The translations under genes were made by a program, and so were the position numbers. Under the pieces are notes generated by a model. The model saw only the letters and a list, made by a program, of their open reading frames with translations. It did no database searches and was not told where the DNA came from. Shown in pieces: positions 27,053-40,340 of a DNA stretch of 64,000 nt (position 1 is its first letter; the number at the start of each line of letters is the position of its first letter). Source of the stretch: Lama glama (taxonomy: Eukaryota); the NCBI GenBank assembly GCA_028534125.1, contig CM052816.1, positions 38,690,001 to 38,754,000 of the forward strand, given 5' to 3'.

Positions 27053-27560
27053 GCTGTTCAAAGAGTGGAATGCACGAAGTCACTGGTAATGACAAAGACT
27101 AGAACAGGACTACAGTGTGGTCAGGGAAAGTGAGGTCAAGGAGCTCAGATGTGTTGAGGGTGATCGCCCATATTGATGTTGAAGTCGTCAAGAATGATGA
27201 CAGTGATCTAGATGCTCGTATCTTCAATGAATGCGGGGGGAGGTTTGCACATTACCAAGAAGGATGTACTCCAGGGGGCCTTGTCTTTTGGAGGGAAGAA
27301 GGAGATAGAGTGGTCTTGAAGGAACGATGAAACAGAAGGAGGACACCTATCTCATCTCCAAGCTCCATTACATATGGATATGAGATATAAAAATAGCCAC
27401 CAGTAGGGAGAACTAAAAGAGAATCTATGTCCTGAAGGATGACGAGGTTTCAGTTAAAGAAAAAAAGTGAAGTGAAGACAATAATGAGTAGAAAGTTCAA
27501 GGTACCAAGGATTTTAGATTTTGATGATAAACTGTAAGGGCACAATGAGAGTGTAAATTA
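27053..27560 (-). mobile_element. L2 internal fragment (endonuclease region)
   Basis: Minus-strand translation around 27163-27198 gives IILDDFNINMGD, resembling the APE-endonuclease motif IILGDFNIH. Confidence 0.55.
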
Positions 27561-28854
27561 TGGGGTGGAAGCAAACGATGTGATCAAATTGGGAGATTTT
27601 TGAGGTTTATGGAGTTTTTATGAGCCAGGTGACAATCTGTGAACTTGAGATTTTGGGGCTTCTGAAGATGACTTGGAAAAACAGAAGTGTAAAGAATCAG
27701 AGGATTTGCCCTGATGCTTCTTTTCAGAAGGGTAAGCAGTTCTAAATATAGCATTTGGGGGGAATTATTGTCTAGGGTAGTTGAAGTGATAAGGTGATTC
27801 AAAGAGTAACTGTCTGAACAGCAAGGAGCCTGAGCTCCCGGGGTTCCTTCACTTAAGCCTGTTTGGTGGGTGGAGGTGCGCAAGGGGAGCTGACTCACCA
27901 GGAATACATAGAACTTGGAGGTTTTGACAAAATCCAGAAGTCCATGGAGCCCTCAGGCCTCCTTTGCAAATTCCAGAAAGTGAATCATGGCTGTGGGAGG
28001 GGCACTGGAGCTGCGGAACTCTCACTAATCTGCCGTGGAGCTGGGTGGGGTCACAGTGAAGAGAGGGGCAAGCAAGAGAAACTAGCGTTATTACCGAAGG
28101 GTTTTCTTCTGTCTGTAGTCCTATTATTTCTATGAATTCGGATCTCGTGCAGCAAATATTTTTCTTTTTAGAAACATAATCTCATATTTGGAGAAAAAAT
28201 AATTTATAAGAAAAACTGAGTAGGTTAAAGGAATTAGAACATTGAAACTGAAAATGACAAAAAAAAACTGCAATTGAGAAACAACACAGATAGAATTAGC
28301 TTTCGCAGACACAGAATGAGAATGACTTTTTACAACTTACGAGTTGGGCAATCTTAAAACCTCAAATCTCTGGTAGAGAAATCCCAACACATTAGAGAAA
28401 AATACATTCAGGAAATTTGTTCTAAAAGTGAATTCTGTTTCTTTACAACCATTTCCCCCAGACAGGAGGATGCTGTTAAGTTTTCAGTTTTTGCACATTA
28501 ATTTTAGTTAACAGTGAAAGAAATTTAGTTAGTCCTTTACTCCACATGGTACAAAGAACTGCACAGAAATTGTTCTCTCTTTAGGACTGGAGTCTTTAGC
28601 ATAGCTTCAGAGTACCAATAAACCAGAGAAATTTTACATGAAACTATGTGATAGGGTGGATGTCAATGAATATAAAGTGAGGGTCCTTAGTTTCCTTCAA
28701 AACCCCAAAATGATTTCATATTTAAAAAAAGAAAAAAACACCAACTCTCTAGGAGTTTATAATAAAAACAGAATTAATTTTGATATTAATAGTTTAAACA
28801 TATAAATTATAAAATAGTGTGTTAAAATATTAGACTTCCATGGTCAGATTTAGA

Positions 28855-29192
28855 ATATAGAGAGGGATGCAAGGTCAGTGACTGCCAGAGGGGAGGAAGG
28901 AGAGAGGGATAAATCAGCATAGTAGAATTTTTAGGGTAGTGAAACTATCCTGTATGATATGCCAATGGTAGGCACATGTCACTGTATGTTGGTGAAAAAC
29001 AACGAATTTTTACAAAACAAATGGTGAACCTTAATACGAACTATGGATTTTAGCTAACAATAATATATTAATTATGGCTCTTCAATTAAAACAAGTGTAG
29101 CACAAAAATGCAAGATATCAATAAAAGGAGAAACAGTTGGGGTCAGCAAGGTGCATGGGAACTCTCTGTACTTTACACTCAATTTTTTATAA
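28855..29192 (+). mobile_element. Old L1 (L1MC-like) 3' UTR fragment
   Basis: tcagtgactgccag...atttttagggtagtgaaactatcctgtatgata...gtgaaccttaat...atgggaactctctgtacttt. Confidence 0.7.
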
Positions 29193-29193
29193 A

Positions 29194-31175
29194 CAAAGAT
29201 GGTTCCACATATGCAAATTAATCAATGTGATACACCACATCAACAAAAGGAAAGGACAAAAATCACATGATCATCTCAACAGATGCAGAAAAAGCACTTG
29301 ATAAAATCCAACATTTACTCATGATAAAAACTCTTCGCAAAGTGGGTATAGAGGGAACATATCTCAGCATAATATAAGCTGTTTATGACAAATCCATGGC
29401 CAACATAATACTCAATGGTAAAAAACTGAAAGCCTTCTTGCTAAAAATTGGAACAAGCATGCCCACTCTCATGCCTTCTATTCAACACAGTATTGGAAGT
29501 CCTAGTCATAGCAATCAGGCAAGAAGAAGAAATAAAAGGAGGACTCCATTTGGGATAGAAGAGGTACAAATGTCACTACATGCAGATGACATGATACTGT
29601 ATATAGAAAATCCTAAAAACTCCACACAAAGACTACTAGAGCTGATAAATGAATTTAGCATGGTGGCAGGATGCAAGTTTAACACAAAGAAATCTGTTGT
29701 ATTTCTTTACACTAACAATGAAATATCAGAAAAGAAAAGGAAAAAAAAACCCTTTGAAATGGCATCAAAAAATAAGTAAAATACTTAGGAGGTAAAAGAC
29801 TTAAAGGCAGAGAACTACAAAACATTGATTAAGGAAATTAAAGATGATTTAAAGAAATGGAAAAACATCCCATGCTCTGGGATTGGAAGAAATACTATCA
29901 TTAAAACGGCCATACTATCCAAAGCAATCTACAGATTTAATATGATCCCTATCTAATTACCCAGGACATTTTTCACAGAACTAGAACAAATGATCCTAAA
30001 ATTTATATGGATTCACAAAAGACCCAGAATTGCCAAAGCAATACTGAAGAAAAAGAACGAAGCTGGAGGAATATTCCCAGACTTCAGACAATACTACAAA
30101 GCTACAGTAATCAAAATAACATTATATTGGCACAAAAACAGACACATGGATCAATGTAACAAAACAGAGAACCCAGAAATAAACCTACACACCTACAGTC
30201 GATTAATCTTTGACAAAGAAGGCATGAATATACAATGGAGAAAAGACAGTCTCTTCAGCAAGTGGTGCTGGGAAAGCTGGACAGCCACATGTAAATCAAT
30301 GAAGTTAGAGCACTCCTTCACACCATATACAAAAATAAACTCAGAATGGCTTAGAGACTTAAGCATAAGACAAGACACCATAAACTTCCTAGAAGAGAAC
30401 ACAGGTAAAACATTTCTGATATAAATCATAGCAATGTTCCCCTAGGGCAGTCTACCAAAGTTATAGAAATAAAAGCAAAAATAAACAAATGGGACCTAAC
30501 TAAACTTATGAACTTTCACACAGCAAAGCAAACCATAAACAAAACAAAAACACAACCTACAGAATAGGAGAAAATATATGCAAATGATGCAACTGACAAG
30601 GGCTTAATTTCCAGACTATACAAATAGCTCATACAACTCAATAACAAAAAACCAAACAACCCAATCAAAAAATGGGCAGAAGACCTAAACAAACATTTCT
30701 CCAGTGAAGACAAATGGCCAACAAGCATATAAAAAAATTCTAAATATTGCTAATTATTAGAGAAATGCAAATCAAAACTACAATGAGATATCTATCACCT
30801 CACACCAGCCAGAATGGCCATCATTAAAAAGTCCACAGATGATAAATACTGGGGATGGTGTGGAGAAAACGGAATCCTCCTACACTGTTGGTAGGAATAT
30901 AGTTTGGAGCAGCCATGATGGAAAACAGTTTGGAGAGTCCTTAAAAAACTGAAAATAGACTTTCCATATGATTTAGCAATTCTACTCCTAGGCATATATC
31001 CAGGAGAAACTCTAATTTGAAAAGACACATGCACCCCAGTGTTCAAAGCAGCATTATTTACAATAGCCAAGACATGGAAGCAACCTAAATGTCCACTGAC
31101 AGATGATTAGATAAAGAAGTTATGGTACATAAATACAATGGAACATCACTCAGTCATAAAAAAGAATAAAACAAT
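29194..31175 (+). mobile_element. L1 ORF2 relic (RT to C-terminus), truncated at both ends and more decayed than the 24.9 kb copy
   Basis: ORF-track 29396-29779 (SLHADDMILYIENPK) and 29990-30424 ([13 protein letters not shown]...FSKWCWESW); degenerate CCHC region near 30845-30890; many stops and frameshifts. Confidence 0.93.
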
Positions 31176-31242
31176 GTACATTCCATAAAAGAAGGTAATG
31201 GAGTAGTAGTTTACATCTTAGAATCATTTTGATATTCCCATC

Positions 31243-31615
31243 CTGTCTTAGTCAATTTAGGCTGCTATAACAAAATACCATAAATTTGGTGGCTTAAATA
31301 ACAGACATCTATTTCTCAAAGTGATGGAGACTGAGAAGTCAAAAATCGAGTTGCTGGTCAACGTGGTTCCAGGTGAGAGCCCTCCTTCTGGCTTGTAGAA
31401 GGCTGCCTTCTCGCTGAGGTCTCACATGACAAAGAGAGAAAAGGCTCTGGTCTCTCTTCCTCTTATAGGACACTAATGCCTCATAAGGACTCCATCCTCA
31501 TGACCTCATCTAAACCTAATTACTTCCCAAAGGTCCCACCTCCAAATATAATCACATTCAGGGCTGGGGCTTCAACATAACGAATTCTGAGAGGACATGA
31601 AGATTCAGTCTAAAT
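31243..31615 (-). mobile_element. MaLR solo LTR (MLT1A/B-like)
   Basis: tgtcttagtcaatttaggctgctataacaaaatacca...tggcttaaataacagac...atgacctcatctaaacctaattacttcccaaagg. Confidence 0.85.
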
Positions 31616-34600
31616 TACGCCTCTAGCCCTAAGTCAGAATTGCATTATTTTATAACATGAATTTAACTCCATACAGCTTAAGTACAAGATTATACATGTA
31701 AAACAGTATTTGAGATTTAAAAGTAATCAGTTATTTTAAATAATTTAAATATTAAAAACTTTGAAATAAAGCGTCCTCTCTCAAACGTCAAGAGATACTA
31801 TTTAAAAATCTTTATTTACAGTAAACTCCTTCCCCCACCAACAAAAGATAATTTCCTGAGGAAGGATGCAAGCATCTTAAACAAGCTTTATTCTCCAGTT
31901 CCCATCAATGTAATCTTACAACTTTCAGCAAGAATGCCCAAATGCCTAAATGTATAATGTATCACATTTGGGGAGAATAAAGTAAGCAAGATCGAGATAA
32001 TTTTGGACTTCATAGTCTGTAGTCTACACCTTGAATTTTATCTGGAATCAGAGCATATCACAGAATACCGATGTAACAGCCAATGGAAACACTATCACAG
32101 CTTGATTAGGTAGGAATATGATGCATTTCTCATATTGCTTTCATTAAAACAGCATCATACCCATAAAACTTTTGAATAGACCATCTCCTGAGAGAGTAGT
32201 CCAAAATTACCATCTTATTAAAATATAACTCCTGCTTTGGTTGCTTTTTCTTGTATTCTTCACAGTTCCAAACTATGGTGTGTGGCCAGGGGAACACAAA
32301 TTATCCCTGAGATCTAACAGAACTGGCCTTTAATGTTACAGACAAGGCCAGAAATCTATTTTCCATGTGTCTTCTTTGAAATATAAACTCTTCACCCACT
32401 ACCCACCCATCCTAACCCCAGGGCATCAACTTTCAAGTTAGGGTTGTGATAAACAAACACTTCAGATTTTAGGCCTAGCTCAGCCTCATTCACTTTAAGT
32501 CAGATTTTATTTTTTTTAATCTTCTCCTTTCTGTCACAGAGTCTCAGAGAGTTCTGCACCTGAATGTCATGACTTGTCATGACCTGAGCTTGTGTTCACT
32601 GACAGGAGCTTGCGAGAAAATGAGCTGGGAGAAATAGATGTAACCAGAGCAAAGTCAAACAGAAAGTTATGAATTAAAAAAAAAAAAGTGGAAGAAGAGG
32701 ATATTTAGGAGTTTTCCCCACCTCTCACTTTCCCATAATTACACACATCGCCTGACAGCTGTTCTTGATCTCCTTTCATTTAACATTCACAGGATCAAGA
32801 TGATTTCAGAACACAGGGGCAAGTTAAGACTGTGAGAGGTCATTCATCTTCTCCATAAGGAAAGAGAAGAAATGTGCCCCTCCCTCATTCTCAGAGTAAT
32901 CCACTATAAATGGTGATTTTTATGCCAAACTGGAGTTTTCTTCATTCCTTCTTGTATAGCTGTATGAAGGCTTCTCCACACTAAGATGGGTCACCAAGGT
33001 AGCTTATAGATTTTTCTTCCCTTGAGACCTTTAAAGAATATAAATATCAAAATGTCTTTGAAGGATGGCCTGGGGTCCTTACTATATGTTGAGGAGTGGA
33101 TTGAAAAAAAAAAACCTTTGCTGTACCTAATGCCTTGTGGGTAAGGAATAAAAGCAAAACAAAACATTAACTATACTCATAAGATAAAATAATTCCTTTC
33201 ATACACTCTTTATTTCCAGTATGGTGATTTTCTTTTTTTATACATAACTCTCTGCCTTCCTGACATTAAATGTCAAAGCAGCACTCATTCTGTCCAGTTG
33301 AGCTACAAAATTAATTGACTACTACGAAGAATACCAGTTTAGCATAATGAGCCACAAAAGACCCACATCAACAATAAATTAGAAGACCTAACTGCCATTT
33401 CATAACTCGGTTATACCCAAGCCTGTAGCATCCAGAAATCACTGCAGGGTGATTAGAACGTTTATTAAAAGAACAAGGATATCTGATGTCTTCTGAGTAG
33501 ACAAAGAATCTAAGGAAAAGATAAATCTTCTTTAGAATTTCAAGTACTAAGAACTCATTGGTCTTTAAATAGCAACAGGTTGACCTTTGCCTGGCATATA
33601 GTAACTGAATGTTGAATAAATGGACTAGAGCTAAAATATTTGTTTCTTCTGTCCTTTCAGCCTTTTCGAGGTGACTAATTACCACCCCTCACAATATGCT
33701 CAGAGCTCTCTCTCCTTCAGGTATGAAATCTGGATTCACGTATCTCTGTGTTCTTTTATATTCAAAGTATAACTGCCTGTATCTAGAATCTTATTGGCTA
33801 ATTTTATTTATACAGCTGAGGTTTACTTTATCTTTTGTTAATTCCTGAGTTTGTATAAATCTTAATAGACCTTCCCAATCGTTATTGAAACATATTTTTA
33901 GAGTTCAGAAAGAGTACTCATTTTCTTCTCTAAATTACCACCTTCCCCCATCTCAATTAGAAACTGGAAGGCTGGAGTATGAAGTGGATCAGCCCCAGAA
34001 TCTCAATGATAATTTCTAACACTTGTCCATGATATTCAATAATTGTTACTTTTTCCCCTCAAGAATTCTTTATAACAATTTGCCTGTAATCAAAATTTGC
34101 AGAGGTATGAACAGAGATACTGCTACTATGAGAGATATAGGGCTATAATCTATAACTAACCAGATAAGAAAGTTTCAAGAATCTGATTCCTATGTACACA
34201 GCGATGAAAAGAACCATATTACTAGATCTTCCCTTAATTCAGCTCTTGTGGAAGACGGTCACTGAAAAGACAGGAAAACGGCAATTTTTAAGGGCTTCCC
34301 TTGGCTCCAAGATTCTGATGGTGAAAAAATGAGGAATGCTGTGAGCTCTGGGGCATATCTTCTTAGTAAATGATATCCTACAACAAAAAATATTTCCACT
34401 GACTCAACGTCTCCTGTGAGATTTCACTTCAAAAGTTGATTTTATTTTGAAAAGCTAGCATGAAATCACCAAAGAGATTATTTCTAAAGCAGATCTTTCA
34501 GACATAGCCTTAAAAGTAAATGACCAACAATCATTTATTTCTATGTCCTCTCACAATTAATAGGGAATACAGTTCTCAATTTCATCTTAAGTTGTCACAA

Positions 34601-36154
34601 AACAAAGATTTCATTTTGAAAAAACTTTGATCTCATCTAAATGTGCAACTAAGACTATGCAATGAAACTTTATGAAAAAAACTGCTCTGTAAGAGGCACC
34701 TTGCTTGTTCCTTCTGTCAATTAATCTATTAATATTTAAAGTTACTTTCAGGTTAGTTGTTTTGTTTAGTTGGGTTTGTTTCTTAAAATTTGAAAAGGAC
34801 CAAATAATCCATTACAGTCTGCCTACATACATGTTTCATAAAATCACACCATCTAAAATAGAGCATAATTCTAAGACCCCAATTAACAAATAAATAGGAA
34901 CTTTGTGTTCTGTATTTAGAAGACATTTAATGGCATTTTTGTGTTTCTTTCTCAAAGTTTTCCAAAGCCTCTTATTCTAAGAATTAATTTCCTTTCCCTA
35001 ATCTAAAGGCCATCTTTACAGATAAGTGTAAACCTTAGGAGTTAGATTTCTCTAAAATGATAATCTATGACTTAAAACACCCTAGATTCAGTTGTTTCAA
35101 CAGTAGCAACTGTAATTATACCCCAGTCCTAATGCTGCTTTACTGATTTAAGCTTTTCAAGAAACAACACAGTGACAATTTGTTCACTGAAAAGAAGTCA
35201 AGAAAAGTAAGATTACACTCAAATGAGCACAGACTCATGTTCATCAAAATGCTCTGGAAGCTGTGAATGTTTTCTGAAATGCTAAATATTTCACAAAGAC
35301 ACACTTCTCTCAGTGGCTTCTCATTCTAGGAACTGGGTGTGCGCATTTCCACAATGTCTTTGCACCCTCTTATGGTCATTTCAGGATTTGCTTTATTGGG
35401 AGCAACTTATTGAAGGCTATTCAAAGGTTTCTTCATCTTGTAAATTGGAATTTTTATTAGAATAATGACATTTACACATTTTACACCTTTAAACCTATAA
35501 TTTCATAATCCCAAATATTAATTGAAGCTCACACTTTTGAGAAAACAGAAGTATATAGAGTTGAGGTTACTAGGATAATAATTAGGAAACACTTCATACT
35601 TTCCAGTTATGTCTGACATATTAACAAGCTAATAAGAATTTAAGATTCTGCCTCCTAGGCACAAAGCAATAAAATAGTAAGGCCATCATTAGATATCACA
35701 CTTCTTATACTCTGATACTGACATGATGAAATCAACTTAGAATCTGCTTAGACCTGTTTATACAAAGCATGGATAGGACTTCTAACTTACTTCAGTATCC
35801 TAAAAGAGAACAGCACAAATGTGACTGTCTTTCATTAAGAAGTAGCGATAACAAGATTAAACATACTTTATAGCTCAATTGACTTGTATTGTCTTGAAAA
35901 CATTAAATTCCTTTAACTTACCAATCTTTGAAAAAAAAATAAAGATCAATTGGTACCTTTCTATTATATTTAACTTGATAACCATAATAAAAATAAATAC
36001 TGCTTGTTCCTTTCCTGACTTAAAATTTCCTTCTTTCTATAAGTTACAGTTTCATGTCTAGAAAACATTTAGAAAAAATGTGACAAGTTTTAATGGCAAG
36101 CTTTATTTTTGAGTTCATGCCTCTGCCAGTGATAAGAATACTTGCCTTGTGGTT

Positions 36155-36184
<30 letters not shown>
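36155..36184. repeat. (AAAAC)n microsatellite, about 5-6 units
   Basis: aaaacaaaacaaaacaaaacaaaacaaaaa. Confidence 0.9.
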
Positions 36185-36185
<1 letters not shown>

Positions 36186-37229
36186 ACCAACCTTAAAACT
36201 ATACAAATGGCAGAGGAACTACTTCTTAAGTGTTTATGAGAAGAATTGCTGCATTGCCATATATTTTTTCTCTCCAGGGTGACGGCTATACATTTTAAGA
36301 TATTTTCAACTTGAAGAGAAGTATAATCTGAGCACTCTGGATTTTAAATTCTTGACTTATATTACATTCATACTTGGTCAGAAAAGTATGTCAGAACCTA
36401 TACAAATATCTATAAATCAGTAACTTAGGTTTCCAAATACAACTACTGTTATTAAGGACACAAAAGAGTACTAACCAAAAGTGAAAGAAATTCCATATCT
36501 GAATAACATTTGAGGAGACAGAAAATACAATTTCACCAAGATGAAGTCAGATAGCATACAGGACAATGCTCCAGATATTTAAAGCTTCTATCAGATAATT
36601 CCCAAATTACAAATGAAATTTAAAAATAAAATTTGGGGTGGTCTATCTGAAAAAAACTGTAATTATCTCTCGCAGTAAATAACAGCACTTAAAAGATCAC
36701 CAATGCTGGCAAGGTATCAATCTGTGGGTTTCCTATGTGTAATTCAGTGTATCAGATGTGCTGACAGCAAATATATACTTTAGAACATCAAGGTTATTGC
36801 CAGTTGTAAAAATTTTCTTTATCTACCATCTACTTTCCAAGAATCTAAAAATCCACAAGTCATCTCTCTTAAAATGCACCCATGAAAGTTGTCTAAAACA
36901 CATTGTTAATATGTCATGAACACTGAAAACTATGATATGATATTGCCAAGCAAACACTACACATACCTCCTCTTGAATGCACTCTTTCACAATAACCATC
37001 ACTGACAATTGGAATCTACTTTATTTCTATCTTTCTAAAAAACTCAATATGCTTTGTTAATGGGCATTGCAAATACTTACGTTCAAATGCATCCTATCCT
37101 ACAAAACTCTGATAATTTAATTGTATTTTTAAAGACATAAAACAATTAAATTCACCAGTATAAGCAACCAGGAACTGACTTGATTCATCTTTACATCCAT
37201 GAGAATCTGAAAACTAGTAGGTGCTGAAG

Positions 37230-37470
37230 CAACAGGATGCTTTTGGAATCCAAAACATCATTATGGAAGCCTGTGTTTCAATCCTAGGCTCAATCTCTTA
37301 ATTTTGTTGTTTCCTTACGTGTAAATGTAAATTATATGTAGAACGCCTTGCAGGATTGTTGGGAAACTAAAGGTACCTACAGAGTGACAAACCCAGAAAG
37401 ATACCTAAAGACTAACCCAGTGCTTGGCATGTAGAAGGCACTGTTACGTGCTCAATATACGTTAGTTAAA
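37230..37470 (+). mobile_element. MIR remnant
   Basis: gcttttggaatc...gtttcaatcctaggctc...caggattgttggga...cagtgcttggcatgtagaaggcac. Confidence 0.55.
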
Positions 37471-38748
37471 TTGATCATTCACTACAGCTCTTTCCTCTTG
37501 TACGTTTACTCAAAATATTTCCAGATTTAATCCACTACCTTGATCCTTTTCACTTTTTCTTATAAACCATAACTTAAACATAACCATAGGTATAAAAATC
37601 AAGAATTTTACTGTGTATTCAGGCAATTTAGGCATTTAACAGCAGTAAGTTCAATGTTTTTTTCAGAAATAAAATATTCTAAGAAATAGGAACTAAAGTG
37701 GAGAGCATTCAATTTTATTGTCTCTTCTATTTCTCACCAAAAGAGAAAAAAAAATGCTTCAATATTTATAAGACCAAGAATAATGAATGTGCATAATTTT
37801 GCCTTAACATACATTTCTGTCTTTTTAGACCAGTGTAAACTTAATGAAAGGCCTAGAATATAGACTTAATTACGCAGGAAAAAAAAAAAAAGATCTTTTA
37901 ACTGCATTGCACATTCAATAGACAAAAATCCAAAGATAGCAGTCCTGCCTGAAACGTTTACAAATCAATTCATTATATGGATTTGGAATGAGTTGTGCTG
38001 TAATTTAAAACATAGATTATCACAGGCCAAACTTGATAAAGTTCTATTTTTAAGGCATTTTCACTTGGCTGTGCACTTGACCTGAGAATTTTCATGAAAC
38101 CACAATTTGCCTAACCTTAAAAAAAAGCTATCGTATGTAAATACTAGCTTTTAAAGGGGTAATGATTAAGAATTTAATCATAACAAAATGTCTAGAGTAC
38201 AAAAATTGTATGTTTGAATTAACTAATAACTTCAATAAATTACTAGTATTTTATTGAGAATAGGTAATGTGCTTCCATTTCAAATTGATTTAGCCCACAT
38301 ATCATGTATAGAATGTTTCCATCTCATTTCCTAATTCTAAGGTAGTGCTGGAAGGAAATTTTAAGTTTGATTCGATTTTGTTTTTTTCATGGAAAAAGCA
38401 GCTCCTGGGGAAACCAGTGATTATGCCCAAGAACCCTTCTGTCCTGCTCAGGTCTCCTGATGACTTACTGTTTATCTTAACGAAAGTTAAATATTTTGTT
38501 ATTTTTTCCCCTTATCAGCCTTAAAATACAGTCTTAAAGTATCAGTCTGAAAATATACACAGGGTATAGCTCAAAAAGCACTGAAACTTAAGGTTTAGAA
38601 AGACCCGTCTAATTTTAATTACCCATCAAGCAAATGGGAGCATGAAGTCAACTATTCAGTTAATTAAGTGGCTAAAATAAGTGCTTTTTGGAAGGGGATA
38701 GAACATTTGTTAAAATCATGTTTCAAAATAAAACACAGGACCTAGTAA

Positions 38749-38751
<3 letters not shown>

Positions 38752-38802
<51 letters not shown>
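38752..38802. repeat. Compound (TC)~15(CA)~10 microsatellite
   Basis: Read directly from the sequence. Confidence 0.95.
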
Positions 38803-40177
38803 TACATGCCCCTGTTTAAAAAAAAAAAATGCTGGAGTCTAAGAGAACGTAAGTAAATAAAACAATAATTTGCAACTGAGTCATTCCTGAAGCAAGAACC
38901 AATGTAACAAGGTCTTTGCATACAATTAAATCTGTTTCAATGAAACTTTTCTTGGGCCTCAATTTCTTCACCTGAGCAATGACCCCATTCAACAACATGA
39001 TTTCTCAATGCTATTCTAATTTTAAGTACTTTAAGTTCTTAATAAATTAAATTAGATTAATAACAGAAATCAACTAAACTGCTGTTAGCTAATGTCTAAG
39101 CGACACATGGGCATTTAAACATATGAATGTTTAAATAAGCAATATGTAAGTTGTTCAAACACCTTGATATATTAAAATCCAAGAAACAGTAAACAGCTTT
39201 TGATATATCATCCTCAAAAGCCTTTATTGTTTCTAGCAAAATGACACAAAACCTGTGAAGAAACTAAACATAATACTTCAATGAAAACAAGTTATTTTAT
39301 TTTCCAGGTTCCTTTTCTTTAAAATGAAAGAAGAAAAATACAACACAATTATGGTCTATGAAACAAACCATAACTAAAGAGGATATTTTAAATTACTTCC
39401 ACAAATGCCCAGAGCAATTTGAGCTTTCTATAATTTGTTACCCTGTTGAACCAGAGTACTTTAGCTGTATAAAAGCTTTCTTGAAGTTTGCCACAAATTT
39501 TCAAAAATTATCTTTTCCTCAACAGAAATAAGCAATGTTGCTGTGACATTTTTCCTGAAAATTTTAACAGGATTCAAACTACCTAAACTTCCCATTCTAA
39601 GTATTCTGTTTTTTGGTTCTTGTTCTTTTTCTTGTTTCTATAAACGAAATTCAAGGAAAAAAAAAAGCTGGCTTTTCTTACTGATTCGGTCCCACAATAA
39701 AACAAAATTCAGCCTCTAAACAATTATTTTCAAACATATTCATCTTACAATTTTTACCTGATTTCTAAAGTAATTCCTGAAATAAAAGTGGCTATAAATG
39801 TAGGTCTCTAAAGATTTCTTACTAATTGTATTACTCATGCAGATTTGAAAGATACATTCCTTTCTGAGCTGATCATCTACCAAAAGTCACAACCTTTGCT
39901 AGTGCTGCCACCTGCTGTTGACTCTAAATCATTTTCCAGCATATCTAAATTGAAATAAAAATAAATAGAATAGCATGGACAAATTGGTCTGGAAAAAAAG
40001 CATCAAAACAGATTTTAAAGACAATCTGTGTGAACACCACTAATGAAGTTTTTTTTTTCTGACAACTAAGTTACATTTACACTGTAAAAAGTCTCTTACA
40101 ATAAAAGAGGAGCATAAGACATGACTGAAAAGGACCTTGAACCTTTTTGGTTAGACACATCTGATTAAAGAATATTT

Positions 40178-40340
40178 ATTTTTAAAATTTTTTATTGAAG
40201 TATAGTTGAAATACATTAATCAACTACATTATAGCTGAAATACATTAACTACATTAAGTTAGTTTCAGGTGTACAGCATAGTGATTTCAACATTTATATG
40301 CATTACAAACTGATCACTGTGTTAAGTCTAGTACACATCT
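40178..40340 (-). mobile_element. Short 5'-truncated L1 3' end in reverse orientation with probable TSD
   Basis: ttttttattgaagtatagttga...gtttcaggtgtacagcatagtgatt. Flanks atctgattaaagaatattt (40159-40177) and atcagattgaagtatattt (40341-40359) are 16/19 identical. Confidence 0.75.

Noticed and set aside
30193..31070. Minus-strand ORFs of 70-91 aa
   Set aside because: Antisense reading of L1 ORF2, a common artefact.
38561..38575. agggtatagctca resembling the start of the SINE
   Set aside because: Only about 13 bp, with no B box, tail or TSD; probably chance.
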